A stretch of 64,000 nucleotides of DNA from assembly GCA_963710995.1 (NCBI GenBank), contig CAVQCU010000212.1:32084-96083 (forward strand), read 5' to 3'. Both the position numbers and the translations under genes were made by a program. Position 1 is the stretch's first letter. The number at the start of each line of letters is the position of its first letter. The notes under the pieces were generated by a model. It saw only the letters and a program-made list of their open reading frames with translations. It was not told the origin of the DNA and ran no database searches. The DNA is from an uncultured delta proteobacterium (GTDB lineage Bacteria > Desulfobacterota > Syntrophia > Syntrophales > Smithellaceae). Shown here piece after piece: positions 1 through 9,555 of the stretch.

Positions 1-1
1 T

Positions 2-502
2 ACTTCTTTTTTGGATTTTACTTTTATGAAAATTTTCCTGGGCATTGCGGGAAGCTTTATTTTGATTTATTTAGGAGTGATGAGCGCAAAAGATTTCTTT
101 CGTAAATATGCCGTCGGTGAAAATCAGCAAAGACGAATATTTAAAAGCCCGTTTATCACCGGCTATGTCCTGGCTATTTCCAGCCCGATGACAATTGTCT
201 GGTGGACAGGCGTCTTCGGTGCTCTGTTGGCTTCGCAAACCAATACGCAAACAAGTCTATCAGCATTCTTATCCTGTCTTTCCATCTTACTGGGATGTTT
301 TATATGGGTGTTTTTTCTGGCCGCCGCTCTGCACTGGGGCAAGAAAATAATCAACGAAAAAATAGTGGGATTTGTTTCTCTGGTCGCCGGAATTTTTCTT
401 ATTGCATTCGGAATTTATTTTTTATACCGGACAGTATTTTTGATTATAAGTCAACTACCACCACCAGAGGTTGTGGCTTGTTGCGGCTGGCTACTCTTAT
501 AA
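2..502 (+). CDS. LysE/RhtB-family exporter, 5' end cut by window edge
   Basis: The frame is open from the window start. Multi-TM profile with LysE-like segments (SPMTIVWWTGVFG). The last ~15 codons (from ~458) lie in hairpin repeat DNA and may not be native. Confidence 0.55.
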   Translation, partial: TSFLDFTFMKIFLGIAGSFILIYLGVMSAKDFFRKYAVGENQQRRIFKSPFITGYVLAISSPMTIVWWTGVFGALLASQTNTQTSLSAFLSCLSILLGCFIWVFFLAAALHWGKKIINEKIVGFVSLVAGIFLIAFGIYFLYRTVFLIISQLPPPEVVACCGWLLL

Positions 503-642
503 AGGGGACAACCGCCCGCCTTTAAAGAAATGATTCAGTTGATTACAACTGGTAGAACCGTTTTTATTACTCTTATGTTACCACCACCAAAGGTGGTGGT
601 TTCAACCGATGAATTAATAGCCCGGGACTTTGCCCGGGCTAT
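458..642. repeat. Cluster of three hairpin modules (CCACCACC-AGA-GGTTGTGG 458-476; CCACCACC-AAA-GGTGGTGG 581-599; ATAGCCCGGG-N6-CCCGGGCTAT 617-642)
   Basis: Inverted repeats read directly; 8-10 bp stems. Confidence 0.8.
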
Positions 643-652
643 CCGGATTAAA

Positions 653-2059
653 TTATTTTTTAGAAAGGTATTCGTGTATCGCATTGGCCGCCTTACGTCC
701 CGCGCCCATTGCCAGAATAACCGTTGCCGCACCAGTAACAATATCGCCTCCGGCATAAATGCCTTCACGACTGGTCAGGCCGGATTCATCTTTTGCCACA
801 ATATAACCCCACTTGTTGGTTTCCAGTCCCGTGGTCGTTGCGGGAACAATGGGATTGGCTACTGTGCCTACGGCCACGACAACTGTATCAACATCGATCA
901 CATACTCGGAACCTTTGATGGGCTTCGGACTTCTTCTTCCCGAAGCATCGGGCTCGCCCAATTCCATTTTAATACATTTCATGCCGGTTACCCAGCCGTC
1001 TTTGTTCCCGATATATTCTACAGGAGCAGTCAACATTAAAAACTCGACGCCTTCTTCCTGAGCGTGATGGACTTCTTCTTTTCTTGCCGGCATTTCCACT
1101 TCGGTACGGCGATAGATAATCATTGCTCTTTCAGCGCCCAGTCTCAAGGCGGTGCGCACCGAATCCATAGCCACGTTGCCGCCGCCGATAACCGCCACTC
1201 TCTTGCCGCGAACGATGGGCGTATCATATTCGGGAAACCGATAAGCTTTCATCAAATTGGAACGGGTCAGATATTCGTTGGCGGAATAAATACCGATCAA
1301 GTTTTCTCCGGGAATATTCATGAATACAGGAGCTCCGGCGCCCACACCGATGAAAACAGCCTTAAAGCCTTCTTCAAAAAGCTCGTCAATTGTTTTCGTC
1401 CGGCCAATGACATAATTGGTCTCAATCTTTACCCCTAAATTTCTCAGACCGTCCACTTCCGCTTCCACGATAGCTTTAGGCAGACGAAATTCCGGAATGC
1501 CGTAAACAAGCACGCCACCGGATTTATGCAACGCTTCAAAAATGGTCACATCATATCCCAGCTTGACGAGGTCTCCGGCAATGGTGAGTCCAGATGGTCC
1601 GGCGCCCACAATGGCTACTTTCTTACCGTTGGATTTAGCAACTGCAGGGACGGAAACTTTACCGCTATTGCGTTCATAATCTGCAGCGAATCGCTCCAGC
1701 CGGCCAATGGCAACGGGTTCGCCTTTTTTACCTAAAATACATGTTTTTTCACATTGATCTTCCTGGGGACAAACGCGGCCGCAAACCGCAGGAAGACTGT
1801 TGGTTTCTTTCAGAACTTTTGCCGACTCGATAAAATTGCCTTCGGCAATCTCTTTGATGAATTCCGGGATTTTGACGTCAACCGGACAGCCAGCGATACA
1901 AGCAGGCTTTTTGCATTGAATGCAACGCTTTGCTTCAATGATCGCTGTTTCCTCGGTATAACCGAATGGAACTTCCTCAAAGTTCTGAATCCTTTTCTTA
2001 GGATCTTGCTCCGGCATCTTCTGCCGCGGTACTTTTTCTTTTTTTTCTTTAGTTTCCAT
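653..2059 (-). CDS. nfnB: NfnB/GltD-like NADPH-dependent oxidoreductase (glutamate synthase small-subunit family)
   Basis: Two Cys clusters (CIQCKKPACIAGCP; CGRVCPQEDQCEKTC) and two Rossmann motifs (VAIVGAGPSGL; VAVIGGGNVAMD). Start taken at METKEKK (2059), overlapping the upstream gene end. The ORF is open to 2104. Confidence 0.85.
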   Translation of the reverse strand: METKEKKEKVPRQKMPEQDPKKRIQNFEEVPFGYTEETAIIEAKRCIQCKKPACIAGCPVDVKIPEFIKEIAEGNFIESAKVLKETNSLPAVCGRVCPQEDQCEKTCILGKKGEPVAIGRLERFAADYERNSGKVSVPAVAKSNGKKVAIVGAGPSGLTIAGDLVKLGYDVTIFEALHKSGGVLVYGIPEFRLPKAIVEAEVDGLRNLGVKIETNYVIGRTKTIDELFEEGFKAVFIGVGAGAPVFMNIPGENLIGIYSANEYLTRSNLMKAYRFPEYDTPIVRGKRVAVIGGGNVAMDSVRTALRLGAERAMIIYRRTEVEMPARKEEVHHAQEEGVEFLMLTAPVEYIGNKDGWVTGMKCIKMELGEPDASGRRSPKPIKGSEYVIDVDTVVVAVGTVANPIVPATTTGLETNKWGYIVAKDESGLTSREGIYAGGDIVTGAATVILAMGAGRKAANAIHEYLSKK

Positions 2060-2885
2060 CACATCCACACCTATGTTTTTCATAAGCCTCGCGCTCTGAT
2101 TCACAATACGTCTTCAGGCGGTCGGACAGTAATTTAAAGTCAACTTCATGTCCGTCAAATTCAGGACCATCCACGCAGGTAAACTTTGTTTTTCCGCCCA
2201 CAAATACACGGCATGCGCCGCACATCCCGGTTGCATCCACCATGATTGAATTTAAGCTGACAATGGTTTTTATACCGTGCGGCTTGGTAACGTCACAAAG
2301 AACCCTCATCATAGGGACAGGACCAATGGCGAAGACATGGTTGATCTTTTTACCTTCATCAATAACCTGCTGCAATGCGACGCTGACAAAACCATGGAAG
2401 CCGTAACTTCCGTCATCGGTACATACGATTAGGCGGTCGGACGTTTTCTTCATCTCTTCTTCCAAAATGAGCAGTTCTTTTGTCCGCGAACCAATGATGG
2501 TAATCACTTCATTGCCCGCTTTTTTCAGAGCCACGGCAAGAGGATAAACAACACCGACGCCAACACCGCCGCCGACGCAGACCACGCGTCCGAAGTTTTC
2601 AATTTCCGTGGGATTGCCCAGTGGTCCCTGGACATCTTGAAGCGAATCACCCGTCTTCATCTGTGATAATTTAGCCGTCGTTTTTCCAACAACTTGATAG
2701 ATAATGGTCAGGGTGCCTTTTTGCGCGTCGGAGTCCACGATGGTCAGGGGAATGCGTTCGCCCGTCTCATCTATTTTCAAAATGATAAACTGACCGGCTT
2801 TTCTCTTTTGCGCGATAACCGGAGCCTCAAATACCATTTTGACTACGTTCTCGGATAATTTCTTGTTCTCAACAATCTTGTTCAA
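2049..2885 (-). CDS. nfnA: NfnA/PyrK-like FAD/NAD-binding electron-transfer subunit
   Basis: Ferredoxin-NADP-reductase-like fold with C-terminal Cys motif (GMCGACRV..CVDGPEF). Immediately upstream of and overlapping the GltD-like gene. Confidence 0.8.
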   Translation of the reverse strand: MNKIVENKKLSENVVKMVFEAPVIAQKRKAGQFIILKIDETGERIPLTIVDSDAQKGTLTIIYQVVGKTTAKLSQMKTGDSLQDVQGPLGNPTEIENFGRVVCVGGGVGVGVVYPLAVALKKAGNEVITIIGSRTKELLILEEEMKKTSDRLIVCTDDGSYGFHGFVSVALQQVIDEGKKINHVFAIGPVPMMRVLCDVTKPHGIKTIVSLNSIMVDATGMCGACRVFVGGKTKFTCVDGPEFDGHEVDFKLLSDRLKTYCESEREAYEKHRCGCDGN

Positions 2886-2959
2886 CTTTCATTTCTCCTC
2901 TATTATAAAGAGTATACTTAATTATGATTTACCAAAACCAGGCAAACCTTTAATTATCG

Positions 2960-3820
2960 TTAAAAATCGCGGGGCAGTTGATCCAGTTGGGCCAGTGAAA
3001 ACACGGGGCCGTCCTTACAAACATACTGACTGCCGACATTGCAACGACCGCATTTGCCGATACCGCACTTCATGCGCATTTCCAAAGAAGTCAAAATATT
3101 CTCCTTGGAAAAACCCAAATCAAAAAATACCGGCAGCGTAAACTTGATCATAATGGGCGGACCACAGATTACGGCTACTGCATTCTTTGGTGATGGCGCG
3201 GTATCCTTGCAGACAGCAGGAACAAAACCTTCCCTGCCCTTCCAGGTTTCATTGCCCTTATCCACGGTGATGATTGTCTTGATATCATCTCTTTTTTCCC
3301 ATTCGGCAAGTTCATCCTTATAAAGGAGCAGACCGGGAGTCCTTGCGCCGTAGACAACGGTGATTTCACCAAATCGTTTACGGTTGTCCTTGTGCAGTAT
3401 GTAATTGATCAGCGAACGAAGGGTTGTAAATGCAAAACCGCCGCCAACCACAACGATATTCTTATTCTCCAGAAATTCAATCGGCCAGGAGTTGCCCAGA
3501 GGACCACGCAAACCGATTTGAGCGCCTTCATCCATGTCATGCAGAGCGGCAGTCACCAGACCCGGCACAATCGTTCCCGCTCTTTGAACGGTAAATTCAA
3601 CATAGCCCGGTTGGGTCGGTGAAGAGGCAATACCGATGGGCGATTCACCTTTGCCATAAATAGACAGTTCACCAAATTGTCCGGGCGTGTATTTAAATTT
3701 TTCTTCGTCTTCTTTGTTCAGAAATGAAAACCGAAATGTTTTGATATCGTTGGTATCAACTTCGTTGATGATTTTGGCAATCTGAACCGGCATAGGTATG
3801 TAAGGGTTGTTATTTGACAT
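2960..3820 (-). CDS. FlxA-like FAD/NAD(P)-binding oxidoreductase with C-terminal 2Fe-2S motif (HydG/AsrB-like)
   Basis: VVGGGFAFT nucleotide-binding motif and CGIGKCGRCNVG..CKDGPVF cluster motif. Confidence 0.75.
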   Translation of the reverse strand: MSNNNPYIPMPVQIAKIINEVDTNDIKTFRFSFLNKEDEEKFKYTPGQFGELSIYGKGESPIGIASSPTQPGYVEFTVQRAGTIVPGLVTAALHDMDEGAQIGLRGPLGNSWPIEFLENKNIVVVGGGFAFTTLRSLINYILHKDNRKRFGEITVVYGARTPGLLLYKDELAEWEKRDDIKTIITVDKGNETWKGREGFVPAVCKDTAPSPKNAVAVICGPPIMIKFTLPVFFDLGFSKENILTSLEMRMKCGIGKCGRCNVGSQYVCKDGPVFSLAQLDQLPRDF

Positions 3821-3857
3821 CTTTTTTCCTCAACAATGTTTTTTCAATACACGCAAC

Positions 3858-4895
3858 TTATACTTTTAGCGCTTCTTCGACAATCGAATATATATCGATG
3901 TTGACCGGACAAGAACGCGTGCAGCGTCCACAGCCAACACAAGAAATTACGCCGTATTTTTTCACATGATATGAATATTTGTGATTTATCTTCTGCCTTA
4001 ACCTCTGATAAACCTGTGTTCTGGGATTATGGCCGCTTGCTTCCAGTGTGAAATCGGTAAACATACAGGCATCCCACACTCTGCGTCTCGTTCCTTTGCC
4101 AAACATCGTATCATCACAAATGTCAAAGCAATAGCAGTTCGGACAGACAAACGTGCAAGTGCCACAGCTCAGGCACGCTGATGAAACTTTTGTCCAGAAA
4201 TCGTTGTTATTAAAAATGGCTTCCAGTTTCTTGGCAATGACATCCTGATCGATGCACAGGAAACGAGTTTTATATTCTTTACCCTTCTTAAGAGTTTCTT
4301 CATAATACTTCTCATCATCCGCTCCCGCATCAACAAGAGTACTCAGCTGGGCAAGAAGTTTCTCTCCCTTGGGGGTAATGCTTTTGAGCAGTAAATCTTT
4401 ATCTTTCTTCACCATAAAGATATCGCTGCCTTCCGGATCGGCGGCGTAAATTCCCAGCGAATTATAAAAATCGGCTGAATCAACAGGCTGATTCAAATCG
4501 TAGGCATAACCGAAAATGGTTGTTGCTTTTCTTCTTTGACTCCAATAGGGATCAACAATTCCCGCACCATTAAAGTGAATATCCATGATAGAGAAACTCT
4601 TGACATCGCAGGGACGTACGCCAAACAGAAACACGGGTTTGGAATCCACCTTTATCTGTTCGGCTTCCGACACTGGCTTGCCTACCTTATATTTAATATA
4701 ATCTTCCTTATGGGGAAAAAATGCTCCCTTCGGACTTATGATGGTATTGTAGAAATTCAGATCAACTTTTTGCGGATCTTTAATCTCTGCAAAGTTATGA
4801 CCGGGAACTTCTTTGACGGGGGCAAGAAGTGATCCCTTTCCCATCAACACCGCAGCCAGTTCGGATATTTTTTCTATTGCTGTTTTCTTCAACAC
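3858..4895 (-). CDS. FlxB-like 4Fe-4S dicluster protein (HydB/AsrA-like)
   Basis: CLSCGTCTFVCPNC and CVGCGRCTRSCP ferredoxin motifs. Confidence 0.75.
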   Translation of the reverse strand: MLKKTAIEKISELAAVLMGKGSLLAPVKEVPGHNFAEIKDPQKVDLNFYNTIISPKGAFFPHKEDYIKYKVGKPVSEAEQIKVDSKPVFLFGVRPCDVKSFSIMDIHFNGAGIVDPYWSQRRKATTIFGYAYDLNQPVDSADFYNSLGIYAADPEGSDIFMVKKDKDLLLKSITPKGEKLLAQLSTLVDAGADDEKYYEETLKKGKEYKTRFLCIDQDVIAKKLEAIFNNNDFWTKVSSACLSCGTCTFVCPNCYCFDICDDTMFGKGTRRRVWDACMFTDFTLEASGHNPRTQVYQRLRQKINHKYSYHVKKYGVISCVGCGRCTRSCPVNIDIYSIVEEALKV

Positions 4896-4905
4896 AAACC
4901 GCTCC

Positions 4906-5781
4906 TTACTCCAAAATTTTATCTGAATCTTCGACTCGGAAATTTACCAGCACGGGCTTGTCTTCTATGCTCATGCCGGACACCTGGTTAAACATTTCCT
5001 CGCACTCCTTGGCCACCTTTTTATGGAAAAGATACAAAGGAATATCCACCGGGCAAGCGCGTGAACACTCGCCGCAGTCGATACAGCGTCCTGCCAGATG
5101 ATGAAAACGTGTCAGATGATACATTATATTACCTGGAGACTGCGGCGCCTTGTCCGCCCATTTGGGCTTGTTCTGGTCAATAAAACAGGGATCACAATAA
5201 CACATCGGACAGGCTTTACGACACGCATAACAACGAATACATTTATCAAATTGATCCTTCCAGAATTGCCAGCGAGCGTCTTTGTCCATTGCTTCATACT
5301 CGGCCAGGACATCGTAGGGCGAAACAATCTTCTGTCCATGTACCTCTTCACCCAGTAAAACATCGTACAAAACAGGATTATGCATGCCGCATGTGGTCTT
5401 GCTGTCAATCACTTCGTCTGTTTTGGGATTTTTCATCCCGATGACGGGAATTCCCAGCAGCACCAGATTTTCTTTCTTGACTTTTTCTTCCTGAATTAAC
5501 TGAATGACCGCACGGCTGTCGGCTGCCTTAACGGCGATAGCAATTTTTGTCCCCTGCGGGTAACGAACAAGGTAGCGGGCCATGTTATAATTGCAGTATT
5601 TATTGAATACAATATTATCGACATCCGCAACGCTTTTCGCGGCATAGGGCATCGGATGCTTTTCATCGAAGCCTTTTCCATAAGCCAGTACCACGGTCAC
5701 TTCGCCGGACTCCAACAACCTTTTTGCTTCCTTCTTTAAATTTTCTTCGATTTTTTTAAAATCAGTCATATTTTCTCCCAA
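4906..5781 (-). CDS. FlxC-like 4Fe-4S dicluster protein
   Basis: CIRCYACRKACPMC and CIDCGECSRACP motifs. Sits between the MvhD-like and FlxB-like genes. Confidence 0.7.
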   Translation of the reverse strand: MGENMTDFKKIEENLKKEAKRLLESGEVTVVLAYGKGFDEKHPMPYAAKSVADVDNIVFNKYCNYNMARYLVRYPQGTKIAIAVKAADSRAVIQLIQEEKVKKENLVLLGIPVIGMKNPKTDEVIDSKTTCGMHNPVLYDVLLGEEVHGQKIVSPYDVLAEYEAMDKDARWQFWKDQFDKCIRCYACRKACPMCYCDPCFIDQNKPKWADKAPQSPGNIMYHLTRFHHLAGRCIDCGECSRACPVDIPLYLFHKKVAKECEEMFNQVSGMSIEDKPVLVNFRVEDSDKILE

Positions 5782-5783
5782 CC

Positions 5784-6200
5784 CTACTCTTGGATCTTCA
5801 ACTTCGTCTGGGGGCCAAGATTCTTAACTTGAGTTGTAAACTCCTCAACTACTTCGGCAAATCTATTGCCTTCGGAAGCGGAGATCCATTCCACGCGGAA
5901 TCTTCCCGGTTCAATTCCTGCAAATTCCAGAATCTTTTTAGTCGTGGCAAGCCTTCTTCTAGCATAGAGATTTCCGGTATTATAATGGCAATCGCCGGGA
6001 TGGCAACCGCCAACCAAAACTCCATCCGCACCCAACTGAAGAGCTCTAAATATAAAGGAAGGATTGATGCGGCTTGAGCACATAACCCGGACAACCCGGA
6101 CATTCTGCGGATACTGCAATCTGGTGGTGCCGGCAAGATCCGCCCCTGTATATGTACACCAGTTGCAGGCTATACCCAATATTTTTGGTTCAAATGACAT
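5784..6200 (-). CDS. MvhD/FlxD-like protein (methyl-viologen-reducing hydrogenase delta subunit family)
   Basis: CNWCTY..CSSR..GCHPGDCHY pattern typical of MvhD. Directly downstream of hdrA. Confidence 0.85.
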   Translation of the reverse strand: MSFEPKILGIACNWCTYTGADLAGTTRLQYPQNVRVVRVMCSSRINPSFIFRALQLGADGVLVGGCHPGDCHYNTGNLYARRRLATTKKILEFAGIEPGRFRVEWISASEGNRFAEVVEEFTTQVKNLGPQTKLKIQE

Positions 6201-6240
6201 AAATATTTCCTTTCCCTATAGAAAAACATACCTTTAAATA

Positions 6241-6367
6241 TATGCGGTTAAAAAATGTCCCATATGCGCGGCGCGCAAGGCCTTCGGAGTGAAGCATATA
6301 TTCTAATACGCCGCAGCGACGAAAGGCCGAAGCACAACAAAGCAGATGGGCGTTTTTCAACGGCATA
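6241..6367 (+). repeat. PAL-1 palindromic MITE-like element, copy 1
   Basis: Ends TATGCGGTTAAAAAA / TTTTTCAACGGCATA are mutually complementary. The interior aligns with the copy at 12121-12246. It ends 1-2 nt from the hdrA stop. Confidence 0.8.
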
Positions 6368-6368
6368 C

Positions 6369-8318
6369 CTAAAATTCCATTAAGCCTTCAATTTCCGCCA
6401 GTACCTGCTCGTTGGTAAAATGACGGGCAATAATCGCCGATGTCGGGCATACTGATGCACAAAGACCGCAGCCTTTACACAAAGCCTCATTAATTTCCGA
6501 AACTCGTTTATCAGCATTAAATGAAGGCGCGCTGTAAGGACATACACGCACACAATTCTGACAACCGCAGCACGACGCGGGATTAACCATCGCCGTGGTC
6601 GCATCAAGCTCCATTTTATCCTTGACGACAATCGTCAAAGCTTCCGCCGCCGCGCCGTTCGCTTGCGCTACGGTATCGGGAATATCTTTCGGACTTTGAC
6701 ATACGCCGGCAATGAAAACACCTTCTGTCATCGTAGCCAACGGCGCCAGTTTAGGATGACGCTCCATGAAAAAGCCCTGTTTGTCGGTGCTCAGATTAAA
6801 GAGTCTGGCGATGTCTTTGTAATCTTCACGAGGCACGATGGCTGGAGAAAGCACAACCATATCCACCGGCACTCTCATAAACTTACTGGTAATAGTATCT
6901 TCCGCCTCCAGAATCAGTCGCCCGGGCTCCTCTTCGCTTTCTGCAACACGAGCCGCCTTACCACGGATAAATTTTACATTTTCTTCTATCAAGCGGTTGT
7001 AAAATTCTTCATAACCCTTACCTGCCGCTCTCATATCAATATAAAACTGGTAGACTTCCGCGGATGTTTTTTCTTTGAAGAGATGCGCAAATTTAAGCGA
7101 ATACATACAGCACACGCGGCTGCAATGCTCACTATGATTCTTATCACGGCTGCCAATGCAATGCAGGATAGCGATAGATTTCGGTTCCGACCCATCTCTG
7201 AGCGTGACCTTGCCGCCGGTAGGACCCGCGGAATTGAACAGTCTTTCCACTTCCAGAGAACTGTAAACGCCCGGATATTTACCATAGCCGTATTGAACCA
7301 GCGGTTTCGTATCCATTAAATTATAGCCGGTCGCTATAATTACCGCTCCAACTTTCACAGTGGAGAAGGTATCCTGCTGCTCGTAATCAATAGCCTTTTG
7401 TTCGCAGACTTTCTGACAAAGTTTGCACTTGCCTTTGATAAAATAAGTACAAGACTCTCTGTCGATAATCGGTTTTTGCGGCACAGCCTGCGGGAAGGGA
7501 ATGTAAATGGCTTTTCTCTTCACCAAACCTTCATCCCACTCGGAAACACCTTTGCCGGGACATTTCTCCGTACAGGCAAGACAGGCATTACACTTGCTAT
7601 GATCGACATAACGCGCCTTCTGTTTAATGGTGATATCAAAGTTGCCCACATAACCTTTGACTTCTGTAACTTCACAGTAGGTGAGCATTTGAATGTTCTT
7701 GTGTTGCAAAACGGCGTCCATTTTAGGGGTCAGAATACAGGCGGAACAATCCAGCGTGGGGAATGTTTTGTCAAACTGGGCCATATGGCCGCCGATCGTA
7801 GAATTTTTTTCCACGAGATAAACTTTTTTGCCGGTATTGGCAAGTTCCAAAGCTGCCTGAATTCCGGCGATACCGCCGCCGACAACCATCACATCGGGAT
7901 TGACGTCGATGATACGCGCGGTCAGCGGCGCCAAAAGCCGTGCGCGATAGACCGCACCATTTAAGAGCGCTTTGGCTTTTGATGTTCCTTCTTCGATATC
8001 ATGGGTTACCCAGGAAAGCTGCTCACGGATGTTAACGATAGTCAGCAGGTATTGATTCAAACCTGCGTTTTCAATAACTTTGCGGAAGGTTTTCTCATGC
8101 ATAAGAGGCGAACAGGCCGTTACAATTACGCGATCCAGTCTGTATTGTTTGATATCGTTGGCAATCATTTCCTGCCCGGGCGTAGAACACATGAACTTGT
8201 AGTCTCTTGCTATAACAACATCCGAAAGTGTGGCTGCAAATTCCGCCAGTTCACTTACACGAATCGTCTTGGCTATATTCAAACCGCAGTGGCAAACAAA
8301 AACACCAATTCTGCTCAT
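6369..8318 (-). CDS. hdrA: Heterodisulfide reductase subunit A-like flavoprotein
   Basis: FAD motif VVGGGIAGIQAAL plus several 4Fe-4S motifs (CNACLACTEKCP; CCGCQNCVRVCP; CKGCGLCASVCP). Confidence 0.9.
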   Translation of the reverse strand: MSRIGVFVCHCGLNIAKTIRVSELAEFAATLSDVVIARDYKFMCSTPGQEMIANDIKQYRLDRVIVTACSPLMHEKTFRKVIENAGLNQYLLTIVNIREQLSWVTHDIEEGTSKAKALLNGAVYRARLLAPLTARIIDVNPDVMVVGGGIAGIQAALELANTGKKVYLVEKNSTIGGHMAQFDKTFPTLDCSACILTPKMDAVLQHKNIQMLTYCEVTEVKGYVGNFDITIKQKARYVDHSKCNACLACTEKCPGKGVSEWDEGLVKRKAIYIPFPQAVPQKPIIDRESCTYFIKGKCKLCQKVCEQKAIDYEQQDTFSTVKVGAVIIATGYNLMDTKPLVQYGYGKYPGVYSSLEVERLFNSAGPTGGKVTLRDGSEPKSIAILHCIGSRDKNHSEHCSRVCCMYSLKFAHLFKEKTSAEVYQFYIDMRAAGKGYEEFYNRLIEENVKFIRGKAARVAESEEEPGRLILEAEDTITSKFMRVPVDMVVLSPAIVPREDYKDIARLFNLSTDKQGFFMERHPKLAPLATMTEGVFIAGVCQSPKDIPDTVAQANGAAAEALTIVVKDKMELDATTAMVNPASCCGCQNCVRVCPYSAPSFNADKRVSEINEALCKGCGLCASVCPTSAIIARHFTNEQVLAEIEGLMEF

Positions 8319-8379
8319 AATTTCTCCCTACTTTTTTTCCTTCAGAATCATCATTCTATCTTTTTTATTCTCAACTGCA

Positions 8380-9555
8380 TTACACGCTGCAGACATCCAT
8401 AACCGACTCGTCAATATTAATTTCCAGGCTTTCCAGAACAAGTTCTGTGACATCCTTCACTGAAATTTTATCATCAGCATTGAGTGTCCGGATACTGTCT
8501 TCAAACATGGTAATGCAATAAGGACACGATGTAGCCAAAATAGATGCTCCCGTTGATAACGCCTCTTCTATCCTCAGATCGCTTAAACGTTCTCCCTTGA
8601 GTTTCTCCATCCACAATCCGCCGCCGCCGCCGCCGCAGCACATGCTTTGTTCACGGCTGCGCTTCATCTCGACAAAATCAAGACCAGGTATGGATTTCAG
8701 AACATCGCGCGGTGCGTCATAAACACCGCTGTGCCGTCCCAAATAGCAAGGATCATGATAAGTGACCTTGACGCCGCCAAAATCTTTCTTGGGGGTCAGC
8801 TTGCCTTCTTTTATCATTTTGTCTATCAATTGGCTGAGATGGATGACTTCATAATCCTCTCCGTAATCTTTTTTGAATGACGCCAGGCAGTGGGGTGATA
8901 CGGTAATTATTTTGCTGACGCCGGAAGACTTGAAGAAGTTCAAATTATTGCTTTTCAGCCTTTCGAACAACTCCAGATCACCGACCTTTTTTAAGCTCTC
9001 GCCACAGCAGTTGACATCTACTGACGGCAACCCCCAGTTCAAACCGGACTGATTCAAGACCTCAGCGGCGGCCTTGGCCAGTTTAACATTGCGGGGATCA
9101 TAACAAACGGTGCAACAACTAAAGAATAAATACTCCGTATCTTTGGTGTAAAGAGGATATTTCCCCTTAGTCCAGTCGTTTCGATTGGCCTGATCGCCGG
9201 ACCAGGGATTTCCTCTAGCCGACATGGAACCGACAAAAGCGCGCAGACTCTGCGGCAGCATACCACCACCGCTGTAAACATTACGGATGGCCATAACCAC
9301 ATCAATAAGTTCTACACCACGAGGGCATCTATCCACACAGAATTTGCATGTGGAACAGCCCCACATAAAATCTTCAATTCCGTCCAAACCCAACTGGCCG
9401 TAGCGGACAAGCTTGCGAATATTGAAATGGGTAATTGGCGTCCATGGACAAGTGCCGCTGCAAGTTCCGCACTGATAACATTTTTTCAGTGCCTCACCAC
9501 CGGCATCCATTATCGCCTGGGACATTTCCAGGTAAGGCGTAACTGCTTGTGACAT
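8380..9555 (-). CDS. HdrD-like (HdrC+HdrB fusion type) Fe-S/CCG-domain protein
   Basis: CYQCGTCSGTCP and CSTCKFCVDRCP motifs followed by two CCG motifs (NCCGESL; MCCGGGGG). Confidence 0.8.
   Translation of the reverse strand: MSQAVTPYLEMSQAIMDAGGEALKKCYQCGTCSGTCPWTPITHFNIRKLVRYGQLGLDGIEDFMWGCSTCKFCVDRCPRGVELIDVVMAIRNVYSGGGMLPQSLRAFVGSMSARGNPWSGDQANRNDWTKGKYPLYTKDTEYLFFSCCTVCYDPRNVKLAKAAAEVLNQSGLNWGLPSVDVNCCGESLKKVGDLELFERLKSNNLNFFKSSGVSKIITVSPHCLASFKKDYGEDYEVIHLSQLIDKMIKEGKLTPKKDFGGVKVTYHDPCYLGRHSGVYDAPRDVLKSIPGLDFVEMKRSREQSMCCGGGGGGLWMEKLKGERLSDLRIEEALSTGASILATSCPYCITMFEDSIRTLNADDKISVKDVTELVLESLEINIDESVMDVCSV

Noticed and set aside
530-2137. Antisense shadow ORFs over real genes (for example 530-1039, 1064-1438, 6663-7319, 7398-7964, 25571-26320, 27399-27866, 47762-48277, 48787-49437, 51808-52209)
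   Set aside because: Each lies opposite a strongly supported CDS with clear family motifs. The shadow frames have biased, low-complexity translations.
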